This document shows positions 24,590-34,891 of a DNA stretch of 52,723 nt, one piece after another. The notes beneath the pieces were generated by a model. It did not search any database. It was not told the origin of the DNA and saw nothing but the letters and a program-made list of their open reading frames with translations. Each line of letters starts with the position of its first letter. The stretch's first letter is position 1. A program made the translations under genes and the position numbers. Origin of the DNA: an uncultured Candidatus Saccharibacteria bacterium (GTDB lineage: Bacteria > Patescibacteriota > Doudnabacteria > UBA920); assembly GCA_964597895.1 (NCBI GenBank), contig CAZQZS010000005.1, forward strand, positions 1 through 52,723, in the 5' to 3' direction.

Positions 24590-24618
24590 ATTATAGGATA
24601 TAACACTAAACTTGTCAA
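24590..24618 (-). promoter_or_regulatory. Perfect consensus sigma70 promoter
   Basis: Minus strand TTGACA-17 nt-TATAAT. Confidence 0.8.
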
Positions 24619-24654
24619 GATAAGTGATTGTAAGATTGTGATATAATACAGGGA

Positions 24655-26391
24655 ATGAAAGCCTATATTTCTGAGCTAATTTTTGAGGCGATAAAGCAAA
24701 TTTCTCCAGACGAAGCTGGGGGTGTTTTTGCTTCTAGGCTGGTTGATGTAACTTATCCCAAAGCCGGCTTCGGCGATTATGCGTCCAATGCCGCGATGGT
24801 GTTGTTTAAAAAATTTACCAAAGCTCCGGCAGACTCTCCGACAGACTTTGCGGCCGTGTTGGCAGAAAAGGTTGCTGCGCTTGATCACCAAAAGACTTTT
24901 TCTAAGGTGGAGTCAGCCGGCGGGTTTATAAACTTTTGGTTATCAGAATCTTTTTTGGCAAACAACTTGCGCAAGATTCAGCAAAGCGGCGAGAGTTATG
25001 GGCAGAGCGATATTGGCGCTGGCAAAAAAATCTTAGTTGAATACTTTCAGCCTAACATTGCTAAACCTCTCCACTTGGGGCATCTGCGCACAGCAATCAT
25101 CGGCGACAGCATTTTCCGAATTTTAAAGTTCACGGGGCACGATGTGGAGAGTGATACTCATTTGGGCGATTGGGGTACGCAGTTTGGTTTACTGATTTTA
25201 GCCTATAAGAAGTGGGGCGATGATAATCAGATTGCTAGCGATCCGATTGATGAGCTGAATAAACTTTATGTAAAGATTAATGCGGAAATGGAAGGCGATG
25301 AATCTTTGCGTGAACAAGGCAAGCAAGAGTTTGTAAAACTAGAACAGGGCGATGAGGAGAATATTGCTCTATGGCAGCAGTTTAAGGACTGGAGCTGGAG
25401 CGAGTACAAGGTTATCTATGATGATTTAGAGATCCGCAAGTCTGATCATGATTGGCCAGAAAGTTTTTATGCCGACAAAATGCCTCAAGTTTTGGACATG
25501 CTCAGAGCTAAGGGTTTGCTAAAGGAATCGCAAGGAGCGCAAATTGTAGATTTGGAGGATCGTGGTTTAGGTGTTGCGGTTGTCGTGAAAGGAGACGGCG
25601 GCACGACTTACTTACTGCGCGATTTAGCAACTTATATTTTTCGAAAGCAAGAAGGGTTTGATAAGCAGCTTTACGTTGTAGATAATCGCCAGACTCATAC
25701 CCTGGCACAGACCTTTAAGATTTTGGAATTACTAGGCGTCATTACTTCGCCAGAAGAAGCAGTTCATATCGCCTATGGTGTTCTCAGCCTTCCGGAAGGC
25801 CAGATGAGCACGCGCAAAGGAACCATGATTGGCGCCAAAGAATTGATTAGCAAGGCCCAAGAAAAAGCTTTGGCAATTATTCAAGATAAGAATCCCGCTT
25901 TGTCTCAAAAAGAGCAGGTGGCTGGCCAAGTCATGCGCGCGGCGCTCAAGTATTTTGACCTCTCGCACAACTACAAAAGCGACATCGTGTTTACCTGGGA
26001 CAAAGCCTTGTCGTTTGAGGGAAACACTGGTCCGTATTTGCAATATACTCATGCTCGCATTAACGGAATCTTGCGCAAAGGGCAGATTCAAGACAATGAT
26101 CAGGTAGCTCAGCCTGCTGAATTAACCGAACAAGAGCTGGCAGTTTTGCGCAAGCTCAATCAGTTTACAGAAGTGGTTCAGCAAGCGGCGAGCAACTACA
26201 CTCCAAATGTTATCTGCAATTATTTATATGAGCTTTCCCAGATATTCAACTCTTTCTACGAAGCAATCCCTATTTTGAAAGAAGATGATCAGCACAAGAA
26301 GGCTTTCCGAATCGCCATGATTCGTTCAACCGCGACAGTATTAAGCACTGGACTCACCTTATTAGGAGTCCAAGCACCAAAGGAAATGTAA
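24655..26391 (+). CDS. argS: Arginine--tRNA ligase
   Basis: PNIAKPLHLGHLR, GDWGTQFG, MSTRKG, GNTGPYLQYTHAR. Confidence 0.97.
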   Translation: MKAYISELIFEAIKQISPDEAGGVFASRLVDVTYPKAGFGDYASNAAMVLFKKFTKAPADSPTDFAAVLAEKVAALDHQKTFSKVESAGGFINFWLSESFLANNLRKIQQSGESYGQSDIGAGKKILVEYFQPNIAKPLHLGHLRTAIIGDSIFRILKFTGHDVESDTHLGDWGTQFGLLILAYKKWGDDNQIASDPIDELNKLYVKINAEMEGDESLREQGKQEFVKLEQGDEENIALWQQFKDWSWSEYKVIYDDLEIRKSDHDWPESFYADKMPQVLDMLRAKGLLKESQGAQIVDLEDRGLGVAVVVKGDGGTTYLLRDLATYIFRKQEGFDKQLYVVDNRQTHTLAQTFKILELLGVITSPEEAVHIAYGVLSLPEGQMSTRKGTMIGAKELISKAQEKALAIIQDKNPALSQKEQVAGQVMRAALKYFDLSHNYKSDIVFTWDKALSFEGNTGPYLQYTHARINGILRKGQIQDNDQVAQPAELTEQELAVLRKLNQFTEVVQQAASNYTPNVICNYLYELSQIFNSFYEAIPILKEDDQHKKAFRIAMIRSTATVLSTGLTLLGVQAPKEM

Positions 26392-26392
26392 A

Positions 26393-29365
26393 ATGTCAGA
26401 AGAAACAACAAAGCCCCAATCAAATGCTCCAGACTTTAACGAACAGGAATTAGCTGTTTTAGAATTTTGGAAGGGGAATAAAATTTTTGAGAAGTCGCTT
26501 GACCAAACCAAGACTCAGGCGCCCTTCGTATTTTATGATGGCCCGCCTTTTGCTACAGGTTTACCTCATCATGGCCACATCTTAATTTCTGCTGTAAAAG
26601 ATGCCATCGGTCGTTACCAAACCATGAAGGGCAAGTATGTGCGCCGCGTTTGGGGCTGGGACTGTCATGGACTGCCGATTGAAAATATCGTAGAAGCCAA
26701 GCTTGGCATCTCTGGTAAAAAACAGATTGAAGAAATCGGAGTAGATAAATTCAACGCTACCTGCCGCGAAAGTGTTTTAACTTACGCCGAAGAATGGGGT
26801 AAGACTGTAGCGCGTATGGGCCGCTGGGTTAACTTTCAAAATTCCTACAAGACCATGGACACTACTTTTATGGAAAGCGTCTGGTGGGGAATTAAGCAGG
26901 TTTGGGACAAGGGCCTCATCTACGAAGATTTTAAGGTTTTACTGTACTGCAGCCGCTGCGAAACGCCGCTGTCTAATTTTGAGGTGGCTATGGATAACAG
27001 CTATCAAGATGTCACCGAAGAATCCGTGTTTGTAAAGTTTAAGGTCAGAGCTGGTCAGCGCATTTTGGACTTTATGACTAACGAGTCAACTTATGCTCTG
27101 GCTTGGACAACTACTCCTTGGACCCTGCCCGGTAACACAGCTTTGAATGTTGGGCCGGATATCACCTATGTAATAGTAGAGCAGAACGGGGAAAATTATA
27201 TTCTGGCCAAGGATCGCTTGGAAGTGCTGGAAGGTGATTACGAGATCAAGGCCGAACTTAGCGCCCGTTCTTTGGAAGGCATTTCGTACGAACCTCTCTA
27301 TCCTGGAGTGATTACCGATGAAGCTGGTACTGCTCATAAGATTTATTTAGAAGATTTCGTAACCACTGAGGACGGTACCGGTATTGTTCACAATGCTGCC
27401 ATGTACGGTGAAGAAGACTTTGCCGCCGCCAAACGCCGCAATTTGCCCCGTCAGCAAATGTTGGACAACAAAGGCGAGTACATGGATGTAGCTCCGGAAA
27501 GCTTGCGCGGCAAGTTCTTTAAGGATGCTGACCGAATTGTGCTAGATGAGCTGTCCGCAAAGAACCTAGTTTATAAAACTCTTCATTATACTCACAGCTA
27601 TCCGCATTGCTGGCGCTGCGGCACGCCTTTATATTATTCCGCCTTGTCTGCTTGGTTTATTAATATTCAGCAGATAAAGTCTAGACTCCTTGAGCTGAAC
27701 GAGAATATCAATTGGTATCCTGAGCACCTTAAGCATGGCCGTTTTGCCCAAGGCATTCAAAATGCGCCGGACTGGAACATTTCCCGCAATCGTTACTGGG
27801 CCACTGCTTTGCCGTTTTGGAAGTGCGAAAGTGAAGACTGTGATAATAAAGTTTGTGTCGGTTCGGTGGAAGAACTTAAAGCACACAGCACTAATTTTGA
27901 AGAAGTTTATCCAAATTATGACCCAAATGACTTACAAGCTTTGGATCTACACCGCCCATATATAGACAAAATTAAATTGCGATGTGAGAAGTGCGAAGGT
28001 ACTATGGCGCGCATCCCCGAAGTCGTGGACTGTTGGGTGGAGTCAGCGAGCATGCCGTTTGCCGAACTGCACGCGCCGTTTGAGAATCAGGACTTGTTGG
28101 AACAGCGTTTGCCTGCTGATTTCGTTGCCGAATATATTCCGCAAACTCGCGCTTGGTTTTACGTCATGCATGTCTTTAGCACGATTATTTTTGACAAAGC
28201 TCCTTTCCGCAACGTTGTCACTACCGGAACAGTCTTGGCCGAAGATGGCGCTAAGATGTCGAAATCCAAAAAGAACTTTGAAGACCCGAACCTGTTAATT
28301 GAGCGTTACGGTGTTGACCCGATGCGCTTCTATCTGTTAACTAGTCCGGTGGTTGTCGGCGAGGATTTAAACTTCTCCGAAACCGGCATTGCGGAGGTTA
28401 ACAGGAAGCTCAGTCTCATTTTTTGGAACACCTGGCAGTTTTACAGAATGTACAGCAAAGACACGGTAAGCTCGGACGTGCCGAATGTAAGCCACAGTCT
28501 TGATTCCTGGATGTTAGCGAAGCTGTTTGCGACCCACGCTGAGGTTACTAAATATTTAGATAGTTACAACACCGTCAAAGCTGGCCGGGCGATTAGCGCT
28601 TTGATTACCGAGCTGTCTACCTGGTACGTGCGCCGCAGCCGTGATCGCATGAAACTTGGCAATGAAGATTCGCGCACAGCTTTGCGTGTACTCGGATACA
28701 GTCTAGTTGAAATCAGCAAAATGCTGGCGCCATTCATGCCGTATCTTAGCGAAGTAATTTATCGTGATTTAACCAGTCAGGAATCAGTTCACTTAGCTTC
28801 TTGGACCGAGGCTCGCGAGTATCGTCAAAGCATTTTGGACGAGATGACTGCTGCTCGTCAGATTGTTGAACTGGGTTTATCGTTGCGCAAAGAGCAAAAT
28901 TTAAAGGTTCGCCAGCCTCTAGCTGAATTGCAATATTCTTTTAGTGACGAAGAACTATCCTTGGATGAGTTCATGCAGCAGATAATTGCAGAAGAGCTTA
29001 ATGTTAAAAAGGTGACCAATACCGAGCTTATTTCTCGCAGTAACTGGGTGAGCAAAGAAGCTATGGGTTGTTCTGTGGCACTTAATACCGAGCTAACCGA
29101 AGAACTTAAAACCGAAGGCATGGCCCGTGATTTAGAGCGAGCTATTCAGGATTTGCGAAAAAAGAGCGGTCTAAAAGTCGGACAAATAGTTGATTTGTAT
29201 TACAATAGCTCAGACGATCAACTGGTGCATGCTTTAACAAACATGGTTGACCGCAAAAAGACTTTTATCAATCAGATCAAGACTAATTTAGAGGTTGATG
29301 CGGACTATGAGATTCAGGCAACAGTCAATGGGAGTGCAATTTGGTTGGGATTGGTTCAAGTTTAG
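26393..29365 (+). CDS. ileS: Isoleucine--tRNA ligase, type 2 (archaeal/eukaryotic-like)
   Basis: DGPPFATGLPHHGH, GWDCHGLP, WTTTPWTLP, DWNISRNRYW, KMSKS; C-terminus lacks the type 1 zinc finger. Confidence 0.95.
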   Translation: MSEETTKPQSNAPDFNEQELAVLEFWKGNKIFEKSLDQTKTQAPFVFYDGPPFATGLPHHGHILISAVKDAIGRYQTMKGKYVRRVWGWDCHGLPIENIVEAKLGISGKKQIEEIGVDKFNATCRESVLTYAEEWGKTVARMGRWVNFQNSYKTMDTTFMESVWWGIKQVWDKGLIYEDFKVLLYCSRCETPLSNFEVAMDNSYQDVTEESVFVKFKVRAGQRILDFMTNESTYALAWTTTPWTLPGNTALNVGPDITYVIVEQNGENYILAKDRLEVLEGDYEIKAELSARSLEGISYEPLYPGVITDEAGTAHKIYLEDFVTTEDGTGIVHNAAMYGEEDFAAAKRRNLPRQQMLDNKGEYMDVAPESLRGKFFKDADRIVLDELSAKNLVYKTLHYTHSYPHCWRCGTPLYYSALSAWFINIQQIKSRLLELNENINWYPEHLKHGRFAQGIQNAPDWNISRNRYWATALPFWKCESEDCDNKVCVGSVEELKAHSTNFEEVYPNYDPNDLQALDLHRPYIDKIKLRCEKCEGTMARIPEVVDCWVESASMPFAELHAPFENQDLLEQRLPADFVAEYIPQTRAWFYVMHVFSTIIFDKAPFRNVVTTGTVLAEDGAKMSKSKKNFEDPNLLIERYGVDPMRFYLLTSPVVVGEDLNFSETGIAEVNRKLSLIFWNTWQFYRMYSKDTVSSDVPNVSHSLDSWMLAKLFATHAEVTKYLDSYNTVKAGRAISALITELSTWYVRRSRDRMKLGNEDSRTALRVLGYSLVEISKMLAPFMPYLSEVIYRDLTSQESVHLASWTEAREYRQSILDEMTAARQIVELGLSLRKEQNLKVRQPLAELQYSFSDEELSLDEFMQQIIAEELNVKKVTNTELISRSNWVSKEAMGCSVALNTELTEELKTEGMARDLERAIQDLRKKSGLKVGQIVDLYYNSSDDQLVHALTNMVDRKKTFINQIKTNLEVDADYEIQATVNGSAIWLGLVQV

Positions 29366-29404
29366 TTTCGCTCAGCTTGGTTTTTGGAATATCAACTTAA
29401 CGTT

Positions 29405-29433
29405 AGAACCTCCCATCTGGGAGGTTCTTTGTT
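29405..29433 (+). terminator. Intrinsic terminator after ileS
   Basis: AGAACCTCCC-ATCT-GGGAGGTTCT-TTGTTT. Confidence 0.75.
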
Positions 29434-29448
29434 TGATATAATGAATTT

Positions 29449-30159
29449 ATGAAAGCCCAGGATTTAATGACCAACAAAGTGATTACCGTGACGCCCGACA
29501 CATTGGTGAGCGAGGTGGCTGACTTGCTGCATAAGTACCATTACTCTGGTTTGCCGGTAGTTAATGGCGAAGGTCGGGTTTTGGGTACGATTTCCGAACG
29601 GGATTTTATTACGGCCGACTCAAATTTGTATCTGCCGACCTATATTCAAATGCTGTCTAACGTTGACTTTGTACAGGGAGCAGGGAAAAAGTTGCCACAT
29701 GTGGTGGAGCAGGTCGTGAATGCCAAGGCTAAAGATATTATGAACCAGGCCGTACCTTTTGCTCGTCCTGACACTTCCATCGAAGAGCTGGCGCGGATGT
29801 TTGCCGAGCAGCGAGTCAATCCAATTCCGGTCACAGACAGTACCAATAAGCTTATTGGTATAATCTCGCGCAGTGACTTAATCAAGTTTTTTTCGCCAAG
29901 CATGGTCCGCGCCAACTACATCCCAGAACAAAGGCCTGTGCCCCAGCCTAGACTGATAGATTCACAGGTAGAGTTTACACATAACCATTTTACATCCAGA
30001 TTTGCGTATGTCGCAAAAGCTCGCGCTAATATTTGGCTGACAGCTGCAGTGGTGTTGTTTATCGTGGGGTTTGTGGCCGGCATCATCTATGTGGCTGACC
30101 CGAATGTTTTGCGTGGCCGCAATGCATTGGAATATTCACCAACTTCAACCAAGCAATAA
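29449..30159 (+). CDS. CBS-pair protein with C-terminal membrane anchor
   Basis: Two CBS repeats (DLMTNKVITV...SGLPVV; DIMNQ...NPIPV), TM WLTAAVVLFIVGFVAGIIYV. Confidence 0.85.
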   Translation: MKAQDLMTNKVITVTPDTLVSEVADLLHKYHYSGLPVVNGEGRVLGTISERDFITADSNLYLPTYIQMLSNVDFVQGAGKKLPHVVEQVVNAKAKDIMNQAVPFARPDTSIEELARMFAEQRVNPIPVTDSTNKLIGIISRSDLIKFFSPSMVRANYIPEQRPVPQPRLIDSQVEFTHNHFTSRFAYVAKARANIWLTAAVVLFIVGFVAGIIYVADPNVLRGRNALEYSPTSTKQ

Positions 30160-30160
30160 C

Positions 30161-30871
30161 GTGTCCAAAGAATTAATTTTACAGGGTTACATCATTAAGT
30201 CGCAAGATATTGGTGAGCACGATGTTCTGCTCACTTTTTTTTCGTTGGAGCATGGTAAGTTACGCGTCATTGTAAAGTCGGCCAAGAAGCTTACTAGTAG
30301 ATTGGCTGGGCGTCTTCAAGCTGCAGCTAAGATTGAGATTACCTTAGCTGGCAATCACTCCTTGCCGAAGTTAATTGGTGCCTCGGTTCAAGAAAGTTTT
30401 CATGACATTGTGCAAAGCCAGGATCGCATTGCCGTAGTGATGGTTTTGCAAGAATATACCAACCGAGCTTTGGCTGATCTCCAGCCGAATGAGCAATTAT
30501 TTGAGAATTATAGCCAAGCCCTCCGCCAGCTTGCTGTGGCTGATACCAGTGAGTGCCTTCGGATTGCTACGTTCTTTATTGTACAAACTTTACAGGCAAT
30601 TGGCGTGGCGCCTAGATTGCTGCAACAGGAATATACTGGCGCAAAGCTTTGGCTAAATTTTGATGACGGCAGTTTTATCGTAAATTCAGGGACCGGTCAG
30701 CAGTCAGAAGTGACACTTAAAGTGTATGAGCTGTTTGTAAATCTTTATCAGGCCGGCGACAGGGAAACGTATGATGATGTAGTTTGGCAAAAATTGTTAA
30801 AGTTGCTGAATGATTTTAGCGGATATCAGCTGGAAAGGCAGCTCCGCGCTGCAGAATATTTTTTAAGTTAG
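30161..30871 (+). CDS. recO: DNA repair protein RecO
   Basis: Start revised to GTG 30161; GYIIKSQDIGEHDVLLTFFSLEHGKL, AKKLTSRLAG OB-fold. Confidence 0.85.
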   Translation: MSKELILQGYIIKSQDIGEHDVLLTFFSLEHGKLRVIVKSAKKLTSRLAGRLQAAAKIEITLAGNHSLPKLIGASVQESFHDIVQSQDRIAVVMVLQEYTNRALADLQPNEQLFENYSQALRQLAVADTSECLRIATFFIVQTLQAIGVAPRLLQQEYTGAKLWLNFDDGSFIVNSGTGQQSEVTLKVYELFVNLYQAGDRETYDDVVWQKLLKLLNDFSGYQLERQLRAAEYFLS

Positions 30872-30893
30872 CGTGATATAATAAATTTAAGCT

Positions 30894-32711
30894 ATGGAAG
30901 ACTTCCAACCACAATCTGTGCCAGGACCAGATGGAAATACTCCTCAAGACACTCCAGTTGTTGCGCCAGAAGGTTCTCTCGCTCCAGAACAGTCCAGTTC
31001 TGGCGGTTTTAAAAATTTTCTTAAACAGAATAAGTGGTACGTGGTGGCCATAGTTCTGGGCGTTTTAATTATCGGTGTGCTGGCCGCAGTGGCATTTTGG
31101 CCTCGACAGGAGCAAAGCCGAGGACAAGCCCAAGTCTCTTTGGCGATAGACGCTCCAGAGACTACTCAAGCTGGTGGCGAAGTAATTTACCGAATTCAAA
31201 TCTTAAATCAGGATCCCGCCAAGCTCATTGATATGAATTTAGAGCTTGTCTATGACGACGGTGTGAGTTATGTCTCCAGCTCTCCAAAAGCCGAAAACCT
31301 TTCTGGAACGAGTTTTAAAGTCCCAGATTTGGCTAATGGTCAGAACGCGGTCGTGATAGTAAAGACTTTAGCGCAAGGCAATGTTAATGATCAAAAGCGA
31401 CTAGTGGCTCGGCTCAGGTATCGCTTTGATAATTTTAGCTCCAGCTTTACTTCCGAGACTAGTCATCAGACCAGGCTGGTGGCAGCTAATGTGATTCTAG
31501 ATTTTTCTGGTCGCAACCAAATTAATGCCGGTGAACAGGTCAGTTTTGATCTCTCTTATCGCAACACTTCTAACCGGACTATAGAAAATAGCCGCATCCA
31601 AATCACTTATCCGAGCAGTTTTAAATTTGGCGCTGGCGACCCTGCACCTTCCTTGGGTAATAACATTTGGAATTTGGGCAGTTTGTCACCAAATCAGGCT
31701 GGGAAGATTTCTTTTACCGGCACCATGGGTTCGTCTCAAGTTGGTCAAAAATATGAATTAGTTGCGGAGTTTTTAGTGCCTGACGATGAAGGCAACTATT
31801 TTACACAGTCCAGCAACATTTACCCACTAGAAATTAGTCAGCAGCCTTTGTCGGTGGAAGCGTCTGTGAGTTCATCAGCTCAGGGCGGTATTGTTAAGCC
31901 TGGCAGTAGTGTCAGTGTAGATTTAAAATTTAATAATAACAGCAACGTTGTCCATACCGGTCTTCAGTTATTGGCGGAAGTTGAATCTGGGAGCGTGGAG
32001 CCCGGTTCTCTGCAAACTGATTCAGGATTTGTTTCCGACCAGCTGGTGAATTGGAATGGATCATCATCACCTCTGTTGGAGCAGTTGGCAGTCGGGGACA
32101 GTGGTACGTTGCGAATGCGATTTAACGTGGCTAATCCTGCCACGACAACAGATACCAAGAATCTGACAATTAAAATTCGCCCGCGCATCAAATCTAATCA
32201 AAATGAACAGTTTATCTCTGGTGGCGAGATTGAGCTAAAAATCTCTAGTCCTTCGGCTTTAACTAACAGCGTATCCCATGCAGGCGGACCCCTACCTCCT
32301 CTAGTCGGCCAGCAGAGCAGCTTTACAGTCAGGTTGATTTTAAAAAATAGTTCTAATGACTATCGGAATGGCGTGCTTACAGCTCTTGTGCCAGTGGGGG
32401 TTAATCTGGACACCAATAGCATTTCTGCATCAGAAAGAAATCTGGTGAAATTTGATTCCTCAACCGGTCGCTTGACCTGGGAACTTGGCCAGCTGTTGGC
32501 TCATAGCGGCGTACTACGACCCGAAAGATCACTAGAGTTTACCGTGCGAGTAACGCCATCCAGTTCTCAAGTTGGGCAAGCCTTGGAGCTCTTGCGCGGC
32601 ATAGAGTTTCAAGCGGTGGATAGTTTCACCGAAGAAAATATCAAGTTGAATAATCAGGACATCAATACCAACGCACTACCTTCTGGTCAAAACGGCCGTG
32701 TCACTCAATAA
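30894..32711 (+). CDS. Membrane-anchored surface protein with tandem Ig-like/DUF11-type domains
   Basis: Single N-terminal TM; repeated GGEVIYRI..N / GEQVSFDL..N units, WNLGSL and WELGQL motifs. Confidence 0.7.
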   Translation: MEDFQPQSVPGPDGNTPQDTPVVAPEGSLAPEQSSSGGFKNFLKQNKWYVVAIVLGVLIIGVLAAVAFWPRQEQSRGQAQVSLAIDAPETTQAGGEVIYRIQILNQDPAKLIDMNLELVYDDGVSYVSSSPKAENLSGTSFKVPDLANGQNAVVIVKTLAQGNVNDQKRLVARLRYRFDNFSSSFTSETSHQTRLVAANVILDFSGRNQINAGEQVSFDLSYRNTSNRTIENSRIQITYPSSFKFGAGDPAPSLGNNIWNLGSLSPNQAGKISFTGTMGSSQVGQKYELVAEFLVPDDEGNYFTQSSNIYPLEISQQPLSVEASVSSSAQGGIVKPGSSVSVDLKFNNNSNVVHTGLQLLAEVESGSVEPGSLQTDSGFVSDQLVNWNGSSSPLLEQLAVGDSGTLRMRFNVANPATTTDTKNLTIKIRPRIKSNQNEQFISGGEIELKISSPSALTNSVSHAGGPLPPLVGQQSSFTVRLILKNSSNDYRNGVLTALVPVGVNLDTNSISASERNLVKFDSSTGRLTWELGQLLAHSGVLRPERSLEFTVRVTPSSSQVGQALELLRGIEFQAVDSFTEENIKLNNQDINTNALPSGQNGRVTQ

Positions 32712-32721
32712 GTTACAAAGG

Positions 32722-32748
32722 AAGCCACCTAGAGTATAGGTGGCTTTT
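32722..32748 (+). terminator. Intrinsic terminator
   Basis: AAGCCACCTA-loop-TAGGTGGCTT-TT. Confidence 0.7.
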
Positions 32749-32802
32749 GCAATAAAAAAGCCGCAGAAATTAGCCGCGGCTTGAATAAAATAAAGACCAA
32801 AC

Positions 32803-33072
32803 TTACCTTCGTCTTCCGATTTCGCTTTCGATCTTGTTGATTGAATCACGGTAGCTATGGGCATAGCAAGCATCTGGTCCAGTCTCACCATCAGTGAGCC
32901 ACTGACCTTCTTTTAAGGCTGTTAGGACTTCTAGCAGTTCCGCCGTTTCAATACCACTTATGGAACCATTGACCAACTGTTCGGCTTGATGGGCTTTGTC
33001 GTGGATGTCATGGAATGTGCCAACTGTTATTTTGATCGACATTTCGCCCAGTAACTCATTTCTATCGTGCAT
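32803..33072 (-). CDS. Small hypothetical protein (89 aa)
   Basis: GGAGG SD 9 nt upstream; standalone with downstream hairpin. Confidence 0.6.
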   Translation of the reverse strand: MHDRNELLGEMSIKITVGTFHDIHDKAHQAEQLVNGSISGIETAELLEVLTALKEGQWLTDGETGPDACYAHSYRDSINKIESEIGRRR

Positions 33073-33270
33073 ACTTTTTGTCCTCCTGGTCAGGTTTTTG
33101 GTGAGATTGGATTATAGCAATTATCGGACAACATATAAACCCCGCCTATCGCGGGGATTATAAGTCAAGTGGATAGTAAACTATACTTGTGCTTGAGCCG
33201 AAGGACTACGCCTTGGTAAAATCTTTCCATAACATAAAACCCTCCGCATTGGGCGAAGGGTTAAAAGTTT

Positions 33271-34494
33271 TTATTTGGGATGGATAACACCTTGGATACG
33301 CTTGTCTGAGATGTCTAGCGTGCGGACAGTTTTGATGTATAGTCCTTCATAATTCCATTCGCTGATAGTAACTTTAGAGCCGTTAACACTTTCAATGTAG
33401 GCTACGTGTCCATAGCGGTTGTTTTCATTGGTAACGAGAATGGCGCCAGCTACAGGTGTGCGGTTGACGGTTGCACCGTGAGCTTTGGAGTTGGCAATCC
33501 AGCGATTGGCGTTGCCACCCCAGGTAATGCCAGCAACTTTGCGGGCAACGTAATCAGTGCAATAGCCAGGGGCGAATCGGTGATTGCCGGCAATGGTTGC
33601 GGCGCGAGGAACAGACGGTTTGGTGGTCTTGCTTGCCGTAGTGGATGGGGAAGGAGCAGGTGCTTGAGGCAAGCTACCGCCGGGGATAATCAGGTAGCCA
33701 TTAAGTTCTACCATGTCTTCGGCATCAGCCAATCCATTATAAGAAACAATTTTATTGATATCGGCATTATATTTGCCGGCAACGTCAGTTAGGGTTAAGT
33801 TGGGGTTAGTTACTTGGATCACGATACCGTCTACTGGTGGGATAATCAGATCCCAGCCAGCCAGCAAGGCATTGTTGGGCAAGCTGTTAGTTTCGCGAAT
33901 TGTTTTTGTAGAAACGCCGAATTTTTCTGCCACAGTGTAAACTGTGTCAAACGGTTGAGTCTTATATATAGTAACTTGGCGTTCGACCAAGCTCTTGATA
34001 CTGTCAGGGTTTGGCTTGGTGATGCCTGAGTCGTCAATTTGAGCTTCATCGCTGATCTCGGCCAGCACATCTGTTGCGCCTAAGACCGAGCCAAATTCAT
34101 CGTAGTTGCTGGCGATGGCTTGAGAAAAAATACTGTGGCTGGCAATGGTGGTGCTGATAGTGTCTTGCTTATCAGCTAATTGAGGGTTGAGATTGGTGTG
34201 GTTACGTAAAAGTTCGCTAGCCAGGCTTTTGTCGTTGTGTTTGTAGTCTGCGGAGAGAGGATTAAAAATGACCACATTGATTGCGGCAGCTATGATAACA
34301 ACTGCCCCTACTAGGATCTCACTAGAGAAGTTAATACTGTAATCCCATCCTGAAAGCTTCTGGTTGAGTTGCACCGAAGGGTGGTGGTCAGTGTAGAGCC
34401 TAGAGATTCTGGGATAGTGAGTCTTGAGGCTGTAAGATAGTTTTTTAAAAAGGTATTGGCTAATTAACCAATATCGTTTTACTTTTTTGATCAA
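33271..34494 (-). CDS. LysM + CHAP domain peptidoglycan hydrolase
   Basis: Two LysM-like repeats (DTVYTVAEKFGVS..IRETN; TLTDVAGKY..I.SYN), GYCTDYV, WGGNANRW, YGHVAYIE, ISEWNY; start uncertain. Confidence 0.9.
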   Translation of the reverse strand: MIKKVKRYWLISQYLFKKLSYSLKTHYPRISRLYTDHHPSVQLNQKLSGWDYSINFSSEILVGAVVIIAAAINVVIFNPLSADYKHNDKSLASELLRNHTNLNPQLADKQDTISTTIASHSIFSQAIASNYDEFGSVLGATDVLAEISDEAQIDDSGITKPNPDSIKSLVERQVTIYKTQPFDTVYTVAEKFGVSTKTIRETNSLPNNALLAGWDLIIPPVDGIVIQVTNPNLTLTDVAGKYNADINKIVSYNGLADAEDMVELNGYLIIPGGSLPQAPAPSPSTTASKTTKPSVPRAATIAGNHRFAPGYCTDYVARKVAGITWGGNANRWIANSKAHGATVNRTPVAGAILVTNENNRYGHVAYIESVNGSKVTISEWNYEGLYIKTVRTLDISDKRIQGVIHPK

Positions 34495-34891
34495 GTATTG
34501 AGTTAAATGCGAAGCGGGTATGGCTTAACTTTCTAGCAAATCTGCAACAGGTGATAGGGTGGTTTGCCGGAATTGATAGACCTCTTTTCTGATCAGCTCT
34601 AGAGCATTCGTTTGAACGCAAACTTCCCCCCGAGAGCCACCAAAAATTTGGATTAATTTTTGTAAAAAACACGAATTTATTGGACTATTTTGCTGAAATT
34701 CGACAGCTTCAGCAGCGATACTAAGCCAGTCTAACAGGACATTTTGAATCATACAAGTGGAATTGGGGATTAGTGCCGACAAGCCCAATATCTAAGCCAA
34801 TTTTTTTCCACATTCCGCTTAAGTAAAGGCAAAATTGCCAGTCAAATCAAAAAACTCCGACTCATCCGACAATGCTATAATGATAGTAGAA

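Noticed and set aside
26560-26580. Mupirocin hyper-resistance motif in IleRS2
   Set aside because: The signature reads HHGH (ordinary HxGH order), not the swapped xLHH form
30071-30160. N-terminal extensions in the ORF track (recO; also 18315, 19052, 24618, 34835, 38402, 46659, 47824)
   Set aside because: They overlap neighbouring genes, promoters or terminators; downstream starts fit motif position, lipoboxes or SD sites better
34495-34830. Cyclic dinucleotide riboswitch upstream of the LysM-CHAP gene
   Set aside because: Only a GGCAAACC fragment on the minus strand; the GAAA tetraloop and the rest of the GEMM or ydaO consensus are missing. An Infernal scan would settle it
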